From Winogradskyella sp. (lineage in GTDB: Bacteria > Bacteroidota > Bacteroidia > Flavobacteriales > Flavobacteriaceae), in NCBI RefSeq assembly GCF_003712105.1, contig NZ_RHLG01000006.1, positions 19,240-83,239 of the forward strand: 64,000 nt of DNA. Direction: 5' to 3'. Numbering within the stretch: the first letter of the stretch is position 1; each line of letters begins with the position of its first letter. Below are positions 30,833 to 39,229 of the stretch, one piece after another. Below the pieces are notes generated by a model. It saw nothing but the letters and a program-made list of their open reading frames with translations, searched no databases and was not told the origin of the DNA. The position numbers and the translations under genes were made by a program.

Positions 30833-31072
30833 TTCCTTTTCAAATTGTGTTTGAAGATTGTTTTTCTCTTCGTCATTTAGACAATTTGCGTCAGATTTTT
30901 CTATTAACTCAGTTAATTTATTATTTCTTTTAGTGTAAGCTTTTGTGATTTTGCACCAAGATAATCTAATACCTAGCTTAACTCTTTCCCATAATGTAGC
31001 TTCACCATATTGATTTTTATCACATATATGATGCGCTTCTTCACACGTAATAAATAAAATACTCTTCTTCAT
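30815..31072 (-). CDS. Small Cys/His protein, probable anti-sigma factor (ZAS-like)
   Basis: 85 aa, 6 nt downstream of the ECF sigma gene, CEEAHHICDK and WCK motifs. Confidence 0.6.
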   Translation of the reverse strand: MKKSILFITCEEAHHICDKNQYGEATLWERVKLGIRLSWCKITKAYTKRNNKLTELIEKSDANCLNDEEKNNLQTQFEKELAKQK

Positions 31073-31078
31073 TTTTAA

Positions 31079-31633
31079 TTAAAACCAATTTTTTTCCATG
31101 CAATTAGCCATAGCAGTTCGAGCTCTATGGATAATTACCCAAAGGTTAGACGCTGTAATTTCTAATTCATTACAAATTGCTTCAGTTTCGTAATTTAATA
31201 ACGTTTTCATTTTAAAAACTTGAGCCTGTTTTTCTGGTAATTTACCTAGACAATCATGAATAGCGACGCCTAATTCGGTATTCTCAATTGTATCTTCGGC
31301 AGTCTTATCAAAAGGGTCAGCCACACGTTCCTCTAACCAGTCGCCCTCAGTTTCGGTGTCACTATTGTAGCTCATTCGAACTTCGGCTTTACCTTTATTA
31401 GAGTTTATCTTACGATAGTAATCAATAATTTTTCGCTTTAATATGGCAACAAGCCATGTACGTTCACTAGCTTCACCTTTAAAATTATCCATTGATTTTA
31501 AACCCGCTAGAAACGTTTCTTGAACTAAATCTTGTGCGGTATCTCTATCATTTACTCTCGTAATTGTATAGTTGAAAAGGTAATCGGAATAAAGTTTTAT
31601 CCAATCGTTAGGGTTGATGGCGTGCTTTGGCAT
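31079..31633 (-). CDS. ECF sigma-70 factor
   Basis: AQDLVQETF, SERTWLVAILKRKIIDYYR region 2; C-terminal region 4 HTH ending IIHRAR. Confidence 0.9.
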   Translation of the reverse strand: MPKHAINPNDWIKLYSDYLFNYTITRVNDRDTAQDLVQETFLAGLKSMDNFKGEASERTWLVAILKRKIIDYYRKINSNKGKAEVRMSYNSDTETEGDWLEERVADPFDKTAEDTIENTELGVAIHDCLGKLPEKQAQVFKMKTLLNYETEAICNELEITASNLWVIIHRARTAMANCMEKNWF

Positions 31634-31656
31634 GCTGCGGGCATAATTTATTCCCC

Positions 31657-31664
31657 CAAAAATA
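31657..31664 (-). promoter_or_regulatory. -7 box TATTTTTG upstream of the ECF sigma gene
   Basis: CAAAAATA on the + strand, 24 nt from the start codon. Confidence 0.45.
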
Positions 31665-31668
31665 GGAT

Positions 31669-31699
31669 AAAAAAACCAGTTTTAAAACTGGTCTTTTTT
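31669..31699 (-). terminator. Terminator after the methyltransferase operon
   Basis: accagttt/aaactggt stem flanked by an A run and a T run. Confidence 0.7.
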
Positions 31700-31708
31700 A
31701 ATCTAAAA

Positions 31709-32587
31709 CTAAGCTTTGGTTGCGCTGATAATATAATACCCAAAACTTTTTAAGTGCAACCCAGAAAGTAGAGCATAAAATGAACCTTTTAGGTTATGAA
31801 AACTCTCACGCTTTAAACGCTTAAAGCTAAGTAGTTTTTTAAGAATAAAGCCAATAATAGCAAATGGTACATGCAATACAGAAGGTGCAACTCTAAGAGA
31901 TACATCTTCGACTTTTATGTCTTTAAAACCTAACTCTTGTAATTTTTCTGTTATATAATAGTGTGTCTCTAATTTTTCTAGACTCCAATGGTCACAAAGA
32001 TTTTTGTAGGCATATTTTCCACCTTTACATAGCGTATTCACTTCTTTTTTTAAAAATGCATCACCAATGACCAATCTTCCGCCAGGTTTTAAAATGCGAT
32101 ATGCTTCCTTAAGTGAACTAAAATTATGACCTGAGTGACATAAGCTTTCGATAGCAATAGCAGAATCAAAGCTATTAGATTGAAAAGACGTGTTGTTGTA
32201 GTTTTCTTTTAAGATGATTCCGTTTTCGCCTTTAAGTAACTCGTTACCTTGTTTTACTTGAAAATTTGAAAGTGTTACACCATAGCTAATGAGGTTTTTA
32301 TAGGTTTTTAATGCATATCGCATTGTGCCACCCATACCGCAGCCAAGATCTATTAATCGGTTTTTATCTGAACCAATTTTAAGACGTTTTAAAATCTGCG
32401 CATTCATTTGGTTGAGCATAGAATCACGTTTAAAAGGATTGGTTTTAAAAGGAATAAAATACCCGAAATGCATATTATAATCCTTGCTCCAAAATTTATA
32501 ATCTTCGGTAGCTTCGTTATAGAAATCTACCATTTCTATTCTGTTTTGTTCAGAATAGTCTGTGTATTGTAGTGTTTGTGTGTTCAT
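31709..32587 (-). CDS. Class I SAM-dependent methyltransferase (sterol/tocopherol-methyltransferase-like)
   Basis: MHFGY, LIDLGCGMGG, AIESLCH, LKPGGRLVI. Confidence 0.8.
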   Translation of the reverse strand: MNTQTLQYTDYSEQNRIEMVDFYNEATEDYKFWSKDYNMHFGYFIPFKTNPFKRDSMLNQMNAQILKRLKIGSDKNRLIDLGCGMGGTMRYALKTYKNLISYGVTLSNFQVKQGNELLKGENGIILKENYNNTSFQSNSFDSAIAIESLCHSGHNFSSLKEAYRILKPGGRLVIGDAFLKKEVNTLCKGGKYAYKNLCDHWSLEKLETHYYITEKLQELGFKDIKVEDVSLRVAPSVLHVPFAIIGFILKKLLSFKRLKRESFHNLKGSFYALLSGLHLKSFGYYIISATKA

Positions 32588-33024
32588 GATGAAATAATTT
32601 TAAAGAGATTACTAATAGCTAACCACGTATAGACAACAGCAAAAAGTGTAAACAAGAAGTTCATAAAATAACTTCCGATTTTGAATATTACTTTTTGTGG
32701 AATTTGATACATTGGATAGTATGCAATTTGTGTTATGACTTTAGCAACCCAATAAGCAGCAATTAAGCCAGTAATTGCAAGTGCTAAATGCGTTCCGTTT
32801 TTTAAATCAGTTGGAATTAAAATTGCAATTAAACCAAAAGAAAAATTTAAGCCTTGAATATATCTACCATAGGTTTTTGCGATTTCTTGATTTAATGGTT
32901 TTAACTGTTTTACATCGTTGTACCAATCAAATACTCTATGCCTTATATAAGGATAAATTAATGCTGTAAATATTTGGCCACATCCACCTAGGATGATTAA
33001 CCAATTAGGTATTTGAGTTTTCAT
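32584..33024 (-). CDS. Hypothetical membrane protein (about 4 TM)
   Basis: 146 aa, hydrophobic, 4-nt ATGA overlap with the methyltransferase gene. Confidence 0.7.
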   Translation of the reverse strand: MKTQIPNWLIILGGCGQIFTALIYPYIRHRVFDWYNDVKQLKPLNQEIAKTYGRYIQGLNFSFGLIAILIPTDLKNGTHLALAITGLIAAYWVAKVITQIAYYPMYQIPQKVIFKIGSYFMNFLFTLFAVVYTWLAISNLFKIISS

Positions 33025-33370
33025 TTTTGTGTTTTTTTAGAGTTAATATTGTCACAATCACAAAGTATAATCCTATAATCATAGGTATTACTAATAATAT
33101 CGTAATGCTATAATTTTCGTGGTTTAAGGATGAATTAAATAGAGATATAATTATTGAAATAAACCAGACAAAAACTAATATGAAATAAAATCTAAGAGCT
33201 TTCTTGTTTATTCGCTTTGAGAACTGGTTGTTATCTAATAGTGTAATGGCAAATACAAATTGAAAAATACCTAATCCAATTTGAGTTAAAGCACCAAGTA
33301 TAGGTTGATATATATATAAAGAAACTACAGTTATGTATAGTATTAAATTAAATAGGATGCTGAATCTCAT
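33005..33370 (-). CDS. Hypothetical membrane protein (about 4 TM)
   Basis: 121 aa, very hydrophobic and AT-rich, 20-nt overlap with the next gene. Confidence 0.6.
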   Translation of the reverse strand: MRFSILFNLILYITVVSLYIYQPILGALTQIGLGIFQFVFAITLLDNNQFSKRINKKALRFYFILVFVWFISIIISLFNSSLNHENYSITILLVIPMIIGLYFVIVTILTLKKHKNENSNT

Positions 33371-33384
33371 ATTTTATTATTTTT

Positions 33385-33410
33385 AAACTTTCAGAAAAAA
33401 TTGAAAGTTT
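33385..33410. promoter_or_regulatory. Operator palindrome 1, AAACTTTCA-N8-TGAAAGTTT
   Basis: Perfect 9-bp arms, 15 nt upstream of the membrane-protein operon; the same arms recur at 33969. Confidence 0.75.
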
Positions 33411-33428
33411 TATTTAAAAAATATATTT

Positions 33429-33932
33429 CTACTTCATTAGCTTAAAAACAGACTTAGTTAACCAATTTTGATTTTGGTTTACCATTTTATGCATTAAACT
33501 ATCTAAATTTTCAGTTAGCTCATGAAGTGCTTTAGTCTGTTTTATTAATTCTTTTGTTTTTGATGTACCATCATCTTTTATTGAAGACACTTCATTTAAT
33601 ACTTTTATTACTGGTTTAATTTCACGTCTACTTCTTTCTTTAGCAATCACTCGTGCTAGTTCTTGCACGTCCTTTTCCGTAGTAAAGTATTCTTTTCGTT
33701 CTCCTGAAACTAGGACTTTGGTTACAATACCCCAATCGATTAGCTGTCTTAAATTCATACTGGTATTACCACGAGAAATTTTAAGCTCTTCCATAATATC
33801 TTCCATCGATAAGGCTTTTGGAGATATAAATAACAATGCCTGTATTTGTGCCATTGCTTTATTAATACCCCAAAGTGTGCCTAGACTTCCCCAGGTACTT
33901 ATAAACTTATATTTTGCTTCTTGGTAATCCAT
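33429..33932 (-). CDS. GbsR/MarR family transcriptional regulator
   Basis: WGSLGTLWGINKAMAQIQALL, ISRGNTSMNLRQLIDWG wHTH, GERKEYF. Confidence 0.88.
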   Translation of the reverse strand: MDYQEAKYKFISTWGSLGTLWGINKAMAQIQALLFISPKALSMEDIMEELKISRGNTSMNLRQLIDWGIVTKVLVSGERKEYFTTEKDVQELARVIAKERSRREIKPVIKVLNEVSSIKDDGTSKTKELIKQTKALHELTENLDSLMHKMVNQNQNWLTKSVFKLMK

Positions 33933-33949
33933 AATTGCTAATTACAATA

Positions 33950-33957
33950 CAAATATA
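33950..33957 (-). promoter_or_regulatory. -7 box TATATTTG of the regulator gene
   Basis: CAAATATA on the + strand, between operator 2 and the start codon. Confidence 0.55.
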
Positions 33958-33968
33958 CAATAATTTTT

Positions 33969-33994
33969 AAACTTTCAATAATTATTGAAAGTTT
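33969..33994. promoter_or_regulatory. Operator palindrome 2, AAACTTTCA-ATAATTAT-TGAAAGTTT
   Basis: Fully palindromic 26-mer between the divergent regulator and DUF2235 genes. Confidence 0.78.
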
Positions 33995-34041
33995 ATTTAA
34001 TTCAATTTTTTATTTTAGATGTATATCAAAAAAACAGATTC

Positions 34042-35325
34042 ATGTTTTTACTAAATAGAGACTCAGTTAAATTTCAAGTTATAAGTATCGCTGTTTTATT
34101 ATTTATGGGGTGTAGGTCTACAGCACCATTAATAACTAATAATGCTACAATAGATTCGTCAAAAGACATTGTCATTTTTATAGATGGTACATCTAATACC
34201 CCAAAAGATAATACTAATATTAATAAGTTAAGAAACCGCGCAAGGGTGAGTGATAGTCTAGATACATTCTATACTGTTGGTGTTGGTGGTGGAAAAGATT
34301 TTAAGTTAACAGGTTTGGCTTTTGGTGTTGGTGTTAAAAGAGATGTGGTCGAGGCTTATGATTTTTTGACCAAACGTTATCAGCATAATCGAGGCGATAG
34401 AATTCACTTATTTGGATTTAGTAGAGGTGCATATACCTGCCAAGTGTTATCAGATTTTATTTATACTGTCGGTATGATAGATCTGGAGAAGCCAATTGAT
34501 AGTGTAAAAAAAATGCGGTTGATTAAGAAAATGTATAGAGCCTATCGCAGTAATATTACACACACCGAACGACAACGCAGAGTACAATCAGCACTTAAAA
34601 AATGGGAAGCTAAAAATGGTCAAAAAATTACGGTTACGCCTAATATAACCATTACCAATTTAGGAATGTTTGATAATGTTGAAGCGCTCGCTGCACCAGA
34701 TTATAAAGAGAAATTTTGCAAGCCAAACCCAAGTCATCTCAACCAATTTGTTAATATAGATAAGGTGTATCATGCAGTTGCATTAGATGATAATAGAGCT
34801 CAGATATTTACACCAATTTTAGCAAGTTGTAATAATATTAAACTCAGAAGAGGCAAAACGCTTGATGATGTTGTCAATGAAGTTTGGTTTTCTGGCGCAC
34901 ATACAGATGTAGGCGGTGGTTATTTAGATAACTTCGAGATTTCATATGTGTCTCTTGATTGGATGATAAATGTTCTAAAAGCAAATCATTTTGATTTATT
35001 TGAAGACGTTGAGATTACAGATGAAAATATTGAAGGAACAATACACGATTCTGAAGATACCATATTAGGAATTTTCTATCGCAGACGAAACCGTGATATA
35101 CCGCTATACCTTTCAGAAAATGGCGAAAACTACAATAATGGGCAACTTAATGTTCACAGTTCTGTAATAAAACGTTTAGAACGAGGCTTGTTGCCAGAGT
35201 TTAAAAAAATGAAAAAAGATTCCTTGGATTGGTTCGATAAAGAACCATTCAAAAAATGTTTTGATTCACTCGAAGGTAAAAGACTATTTAAAAAACCTTG
35301 CGATGTTATTAAAGTTGTAGACTAG
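34042..35325 (+). CDS. DUF2235 / Tle1-like alpha-beta hydrolase, probable lipoprotein
   Basis: IFIDGT, GFSRG (GxSxG), MFDNV, HAVALDD.R, WFSGAHTDVGGG; ATG at 34042 gives a signal ending LFMGC. Confidence 0.8.
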   Translation: MFLLNRDSVKFQVISIAVLLFMGCRSTAPLITNNATIDSSKDIVIFIDGTSNTPKDNTNINKLRNRARVSDSLDTFYTVGVGGGKDFKLTGLAFGVGVKRDVVEAYDFLTKRYQHNRGDRIHLFGFSRGAYTCQVLSDFIYTVGMIDLEKPIDSVKKMRLIKKMYRAYRSNITHTERQRRVQSALKKWEAKNGQKITVTPNITITNLGMFDNVEALAAPDYKEKFCKPNPSHLNQFVNIDKVYHAVALDDNRAQIFTPILASCNNIKLRRGKTLDDVVNEVWFSGAHTDVGGGYLDNFEISYVSLDWMINVLKANHFDLFEDVEITDENIEGTIHDSEDTILGIFYRRRNRDIPLYLSENGENYNNGQLNVHSSVIKRLERGLLPEFKKMKKDSLDWFDKEPFKKCFDSLEGKRLFKKPCDVIKVVD

Positions 35326-35334
35326 TTTACAACT

Positions 35335-35685
35335 TTAAATAGGTAATAATTCTTTAGTTTCTAATGCCTTAGCTATGTCAACTTTTAAGAATTTATGACT
35401 ATTAAAAAACCGTTTATTAGCCATTTTGATTGTTGCAATCGTACGACCTTCTTTATTTTCTTTAATAGAAACAACTTCTACTTTATTTCCTGCCAGATTA
35501 TCGTAATTAGCAATGCCGCCTTTTTTGATAATTACATTAGGTTTAGGTAAATCTATGGATTCATATTGTCCACTTTCGGTTTCACCAATAGTAAACATAT
35601 CACCTACTTTGGCAGTAGTGTTTTGAGAAAAAGAAATACAAGTAAATACTATAAAAAATAGTGTGGCTAAAAATTTAGTTCTCAT
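35335..35685 (-). CDS. Hypothetical secreted protein
   Basis: 116 aa with an N-terminal signal peptide; no motif recognised. Confidence 0.65.
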   Translation of the reverse strand: MRTKFLATLFFIVFTCISFSQNTTAKVGDMFTIGETESGQYESIDLPKPNVIIKKGGIANYDNLAGNKVEVVSIKENKEGRTIATIKMANKRFFNSHKFLKVDIAKALETKELLPI

Positions 35686-35811
35686 AATTTAAATTGTTGA
35701 TTACTCAAAAATAAGTTATTAAAATGAGAATAATTTAAAAATGAATCAATTTTAACAGGCTAAAATATCAGATTGGTAATTTTGTGGGTAATGTCGATTT
35801 TTTAAAGAAGC

Positions 35812-37854
35812 TTATTTTATCAACCCAGCCCGTCTTAATAGTGCTTCAGGTTTAGGTTCTTGACCTCTAAACTTTTTGTATAAGGTCATTGGGTTTTCTG
35901 TACCACCTTGAGATAATACATAAGCTTTAAATTTATTAGCAACAGTTTTATTAAAAATACCTTGGTCTTTAAAATATTCAAAAGCATCAGCATCCAAAAC
36001 TTCGGCCCATTTGTAACTGTAATACCCTGAAGAATAACCACCTTGAAAAATATGCGCAAAAGCTGTACTCATACAATTTTCAGCTACATCAGGATATAAA
36101 CTTGTTGAGCCAAAAGCTTTTTTCTCAAACTCTTTTACAGATACTTCTCTAGAATGCTTGCGCTGAGCGTAGTCGAAGTGCCACGCCATATCTAACATTC
36201 CAAAACTAAGTTGGCGCAAGGTTTGCATACCTTCATGGAATGTGGCCGAAGCTTTTATTTTTTCAATTAATTCCATCGGAATAACATCGCCAGTTTTGTA
36301 ATGTGTTGCAAATAACTTGAGTGTTTCTTCTTCGTAGCACCAATTTTCTAATATTTGACTAGGTAACTCAACAAAATCCCAAAATACACTTGTGCCAGAT
36401 AAACTTGGATATGTTGTATTTGCAAGCATACCATGTAAAGCATGACCAAACTCGTGAAAAAGTGTGGTAACTTCATTAAAGGTTAGTAAAGAAGGTTTGC
36501 TTTTTGTAGGCTTTGTAAAGTTGCAAACGATAGATACATGAGGCCTATGATTCTGACCGTCTTTAATCATTTGAGGTTTAAAGGATGTCATCCATGCACC
36601 ATTTCGTTTTCCAGCTCTTGGAAAAAAGTCGGCATAAAAAATCGATACTAATTCATTTTCAGCATCCACAACTTTGTAGGTCATTACATCTTCATGATAT
36701 TTGTCTATAGTATCAATGTCTTCAAACCGTAACCCAAATAATTTTTCAGCTACAGTAAATGCGCCGTTAATTACATTTTCTAACTTGAAATAAGGTTTTA
36801 ACTGTTCATCATCAAGGCTAAAAAGTTTCTGCTTTAATTTTTCAGAATAGTAAGCCGAGTCCCATTTTTGGAGTTGGTTAATACCATCTAAATCCTTTGC
36901 AAAAGCTTCTAAATTTTCAAATTCTTTTTGTGCTGCAGGTTTGGCTTTTTCTAAAAGCTCGCCCAAAAAGTTATTTACCTTTTCTGGCGTTTCTGCCATG
37001 CGCTCTTCTAACACAAAATCGGCGTGTGTTTTATAGCCCAAAAGTTGTGCGCGTTGCGCTCTAAGATTTGCAATTCGTAGTACAATATCTTGATTGTCTA
37101 ATTCGTCACCTTTAAACCCTTTACTGCCAAAGGCTTTTGATAATCGTTCTCTTAATTTACGATTATCAGCGTAAGTCATAAACGGAATATAGCTTGGATA
37201 ATCTAAGGTAATTAACCAGCCATTTTTCCCTTTGCTTTCAGCCATCTGCTTTGCAGCTTCTTTTGCACCTTCAGGTAAGCCAGACACATCTTCTTCTTTG
37301 GTAAGTAACATTTCAAAGGCATTCGTTTCTGCCAAAATGTGTTCGCCAAATTTTAGCTTCAATTGGCTTAATTCTTTGTCAATAGCACGAAGTTGCTCTT
37401 TTTTATCCTCCGGCAGATTTGCGCCATTTCTGGCAAAACCTTTATACTTTTTGTCTAGTAGTGTGGTTTGCTCGGTAGATAAGCCTAACCCTGATTTAGA
37501 ATCGTAAACTGCTTTAACGCGCTTAAATAAATCTTTATTTAGCGTAATATCATTGCTAAACTCAGACAATAATGGTGATACCTCTTGTGCTATTTTCTGT
37601 ATCTCATCATTAGTTTCGGCAGAGTTTAAATTGAAAAATATACTCGATATTCTATCTAATTCTTCACCAGAATAATCCAAAGCTTCAATAGTATTTTGAA
37701 ATGTTGGAACTTCGGCGTTTTGTACAATAGCATCAATCTCTGATTTTGCTTTTTCAATAGCTGTTTTAAAAGCAGGTAAAAAATCGTCGTTTTTTAGTTT
37801 TGAAAACGGTGCTGTATTATATGCTGTATTGAAGTATTGATTAAGAATGTTCAT
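35812..37854 (-). CDS. dcp: M3 family peptidyl-dipeptidase Dcp
   Basis: KRNGAWM, TLFHEFGHALH, DFVELPSQ, YSYKWAEVLDAD. Confidence 0.9.
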   Translation of the reverse strand: MNILNQYFNTAYNTAPFSKLKNDDFLPAFKTAIEKAKSEIDAIVQNAEVPTFQNTIEALDYSGEELDRISSIFFNLNSAETNDEIQKIAQEVSPLLSEFSNDITLNKDLFKRVKAVYDSKSGLGLSTEQTTLLDKKYKGFARNGANLPEDKKEQLRAIDKELSQLKLKFGEHILAETNAFEMLLTKEEDVSGLPEGAKEAAKQMAESKGKNGWLITLDYPSYIPFMTYADNRKLRERLSKAFGSKGFKGDELDNQDIVLRIANLRAQRAQLLGYKTHADFVLEERMAETPEKVNNFLGELLEKAKPAAQKEFENLEAFAKDLDGINQLQKWDSAYYSEKLKQKLFSLDDEQLKPYFKLENVINGAFTVAEKLFGLRFEDIDTIDKYHEDVMTYKVVDAENELVSIFYADFFPRAGKRNGAWMTSFKPQMIKDGQNHRPHVSIVCNFTKPTKSKPSLLTFNEVTTLFHEFGHALHGMLANTTYPSLSGTSVFWDFVELPSQILENWCYEEETLKLFATHYKTGDVIPMELIEKIKASATFHEGMQTLRQLSFGMLDMAWHFDYAQRKHSREVSVKEFEKKAFGSTSLYPDVAENCMSTAFAHIFQGGYSSGYYSYKWAEVLDADAFEYFKDQGIFNKTVANKFKAYVLSQGGTENPMTLYKKFRGQEPKPEALLRRAGLIK
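36160..36181 (+). repeat. REP-like hairpin copy 3, antisense within dcp (CGCT-GAGCGTAGTCGA-AGTG)
   Basis: Same core; read on the gene strand as HFDYAQR. Confidence 0.8.
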
Positions 37855-37892
37855 TGATAGTTAATATTAAAATGAATTTGTATCAGTTGAAA

Positions 37893-38735
37893 CTAAACCT
37901 TGGTGTATGCAATTAATAAATCATCTTTTTCATTATATAATCTTAAATCACCATTATTATCAAGTACAAAATACCAACCAAAAGGGTCATACTTTGGTCT
38001 AAATGCAAAGTCTTTAGTGTTGTTCTCGATAATATTTACTGGTTTAAAACCAGTTTTATTAAATCTTATATAATAGCCGTTATCAGATAGTTTTAATAAC
38101 TCAAAATTACCTTTTGGTGGCTCATAGGCTTCACTTTTAAATCTTTTTCTATGCCAAGCACCTATTTCTTCTTTTATAGATAGTTTCTGAATTCGTTTTG
38201 TTTCTAAGTAAGTGTCAATTAAAGCTTCACTTAATTTTTTATCCGAATCTGGTTTAATTTGCGATAATAGATGCTCATAAATACTGTCTTGTCCAAACAC
38301 TGAATAATCATAAAATGAGCTGGTAATACCTTCTAATTGATAGGATGGAAACATCAAAACATCATCCTTGATTTCTTTTTGTTTTATAAGTAAAGGCCAA
38401 AAATCTAAATTGGATTTTGGAATATGGTTATGAATAAAAAAGATCTCATTATAAGTGTTAGGTGCCTTAAATATTGAATCACCTTTGAGTTCGTAAAATA
38501 AAGCAGATTTAATAAGTGTTACAAGTGTTAAAGAATCGTAGGCTTTATAATTCTTAGCTTCTATTACTACCTTCTGGTCAAAATTGCGAAGTTGCTCCCA
38601 ATAGGTATGGTAATCTTTACTATTTAGGGCTTTAATTTCGTTTTTGTATTCCTCTAATGGTAAGTCAATTCCCTTCTTATTACTACAATTGGACAAAAGG
38701 AGTAGTAAACCAAAAATGTATAAGCAATATTTCAA
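37893..38735 (-). CDS. Hypothetical lipoprotein
   Basis: LLLLSNC lipobox, 280 aa, AT-rich, no recognised motif. Confidence 0.65.
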   Translation of the reverse strand: MKYCLYIFGLLLLLSNCSNKKGIDLPLEEYKNEIKALNSKDYHTYWEQLRNFDQKVVIEAKNYKAYDSLTLVTLIKSALFYELKGDSIFKAPNTYNEIFFIHNHIPKSNLDFWPLLIKQKEIKDDVLMFPSYQLEGITSSFYDYSVFGQDSIYEHLLSQIKPDSDKKLSEALIDTYLETKRIQKLSIKEEIGAWHRKRFKSEAYEPPKGNFELLKLSDNGYYIRFNKTGFKPVNIIENNTKDFAFRPKYDPFGWYFVLDNNGDLRLYNEKDDLLIAYTKV

Positions 38736-38747
38736 TTTAAATCTTAA

Positions 38748-39227
38748 TTACAGGTCTTTTGCAGAATCAATAACCTTTGCTTTTAAACCTTCTTTGTAGA
38801 CTTGAACTTTGTCTAAAATGCATTTGTCGCTACTTCCTAAAATTTGTGCAGCTAATATTCCCGCATTTTTAGCACCATTTAGCGCAACTGTTGCAACAGG
38901 AACACCGCCAGGCATTTGTAAAATAGACAGTACAGAATCCCAACCATCGATAGAATTACTACTTTTTACAGGAACCCCAATTACAGGTAAAGGTGATAAT
39001 GATGCAACCATACCTGGTAAATGAGCAGCGCCACCAGCCCCAGCAATTATGACTTTAATATCTCTGTTATGGGCATTTTTACCGTAATCAAAAAGTTTAT
39101 CAGGTGTCCGATGTGCAGAAACAATATCTACGTCTACTTCAATATCAAAACCTTTTAAAATATCTATCGCGTCTTGCATTACTGGCAAGTCGCTTTTGCT
39201 ACCCATGATTACACCAACTTTACTCAT
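38748..39227 (-). CDS. purE: N5-CAIR mutase
   Basis: MGSKSD, SAHRTP, AGGAAHLPG, PGGVPVAT. Confidence 0.97.
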   Translation of the reverse strand: MSKVGVIMGSKSDLPVMQDAIDILKGFDIEVDVDIVSAHRTPDKLFDYGKNAHNRDIKVIIAGAGGAAHLPGMVASLSPLPVIGVPVKSSNSIDGWDSVLSILQMPGGVPVATVALNGAKNAGILAAQILGSSDKCILDKVQVYKEGLKAKVIDSAKDL

Positions 39228-39229
39228 AC

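Noticed and set aside
33985-35325. DUF2235 gene as evidence of a T6SS locus
   Set aside because: No T6SS structural, vgrG, PAAR or immunity genes in the window
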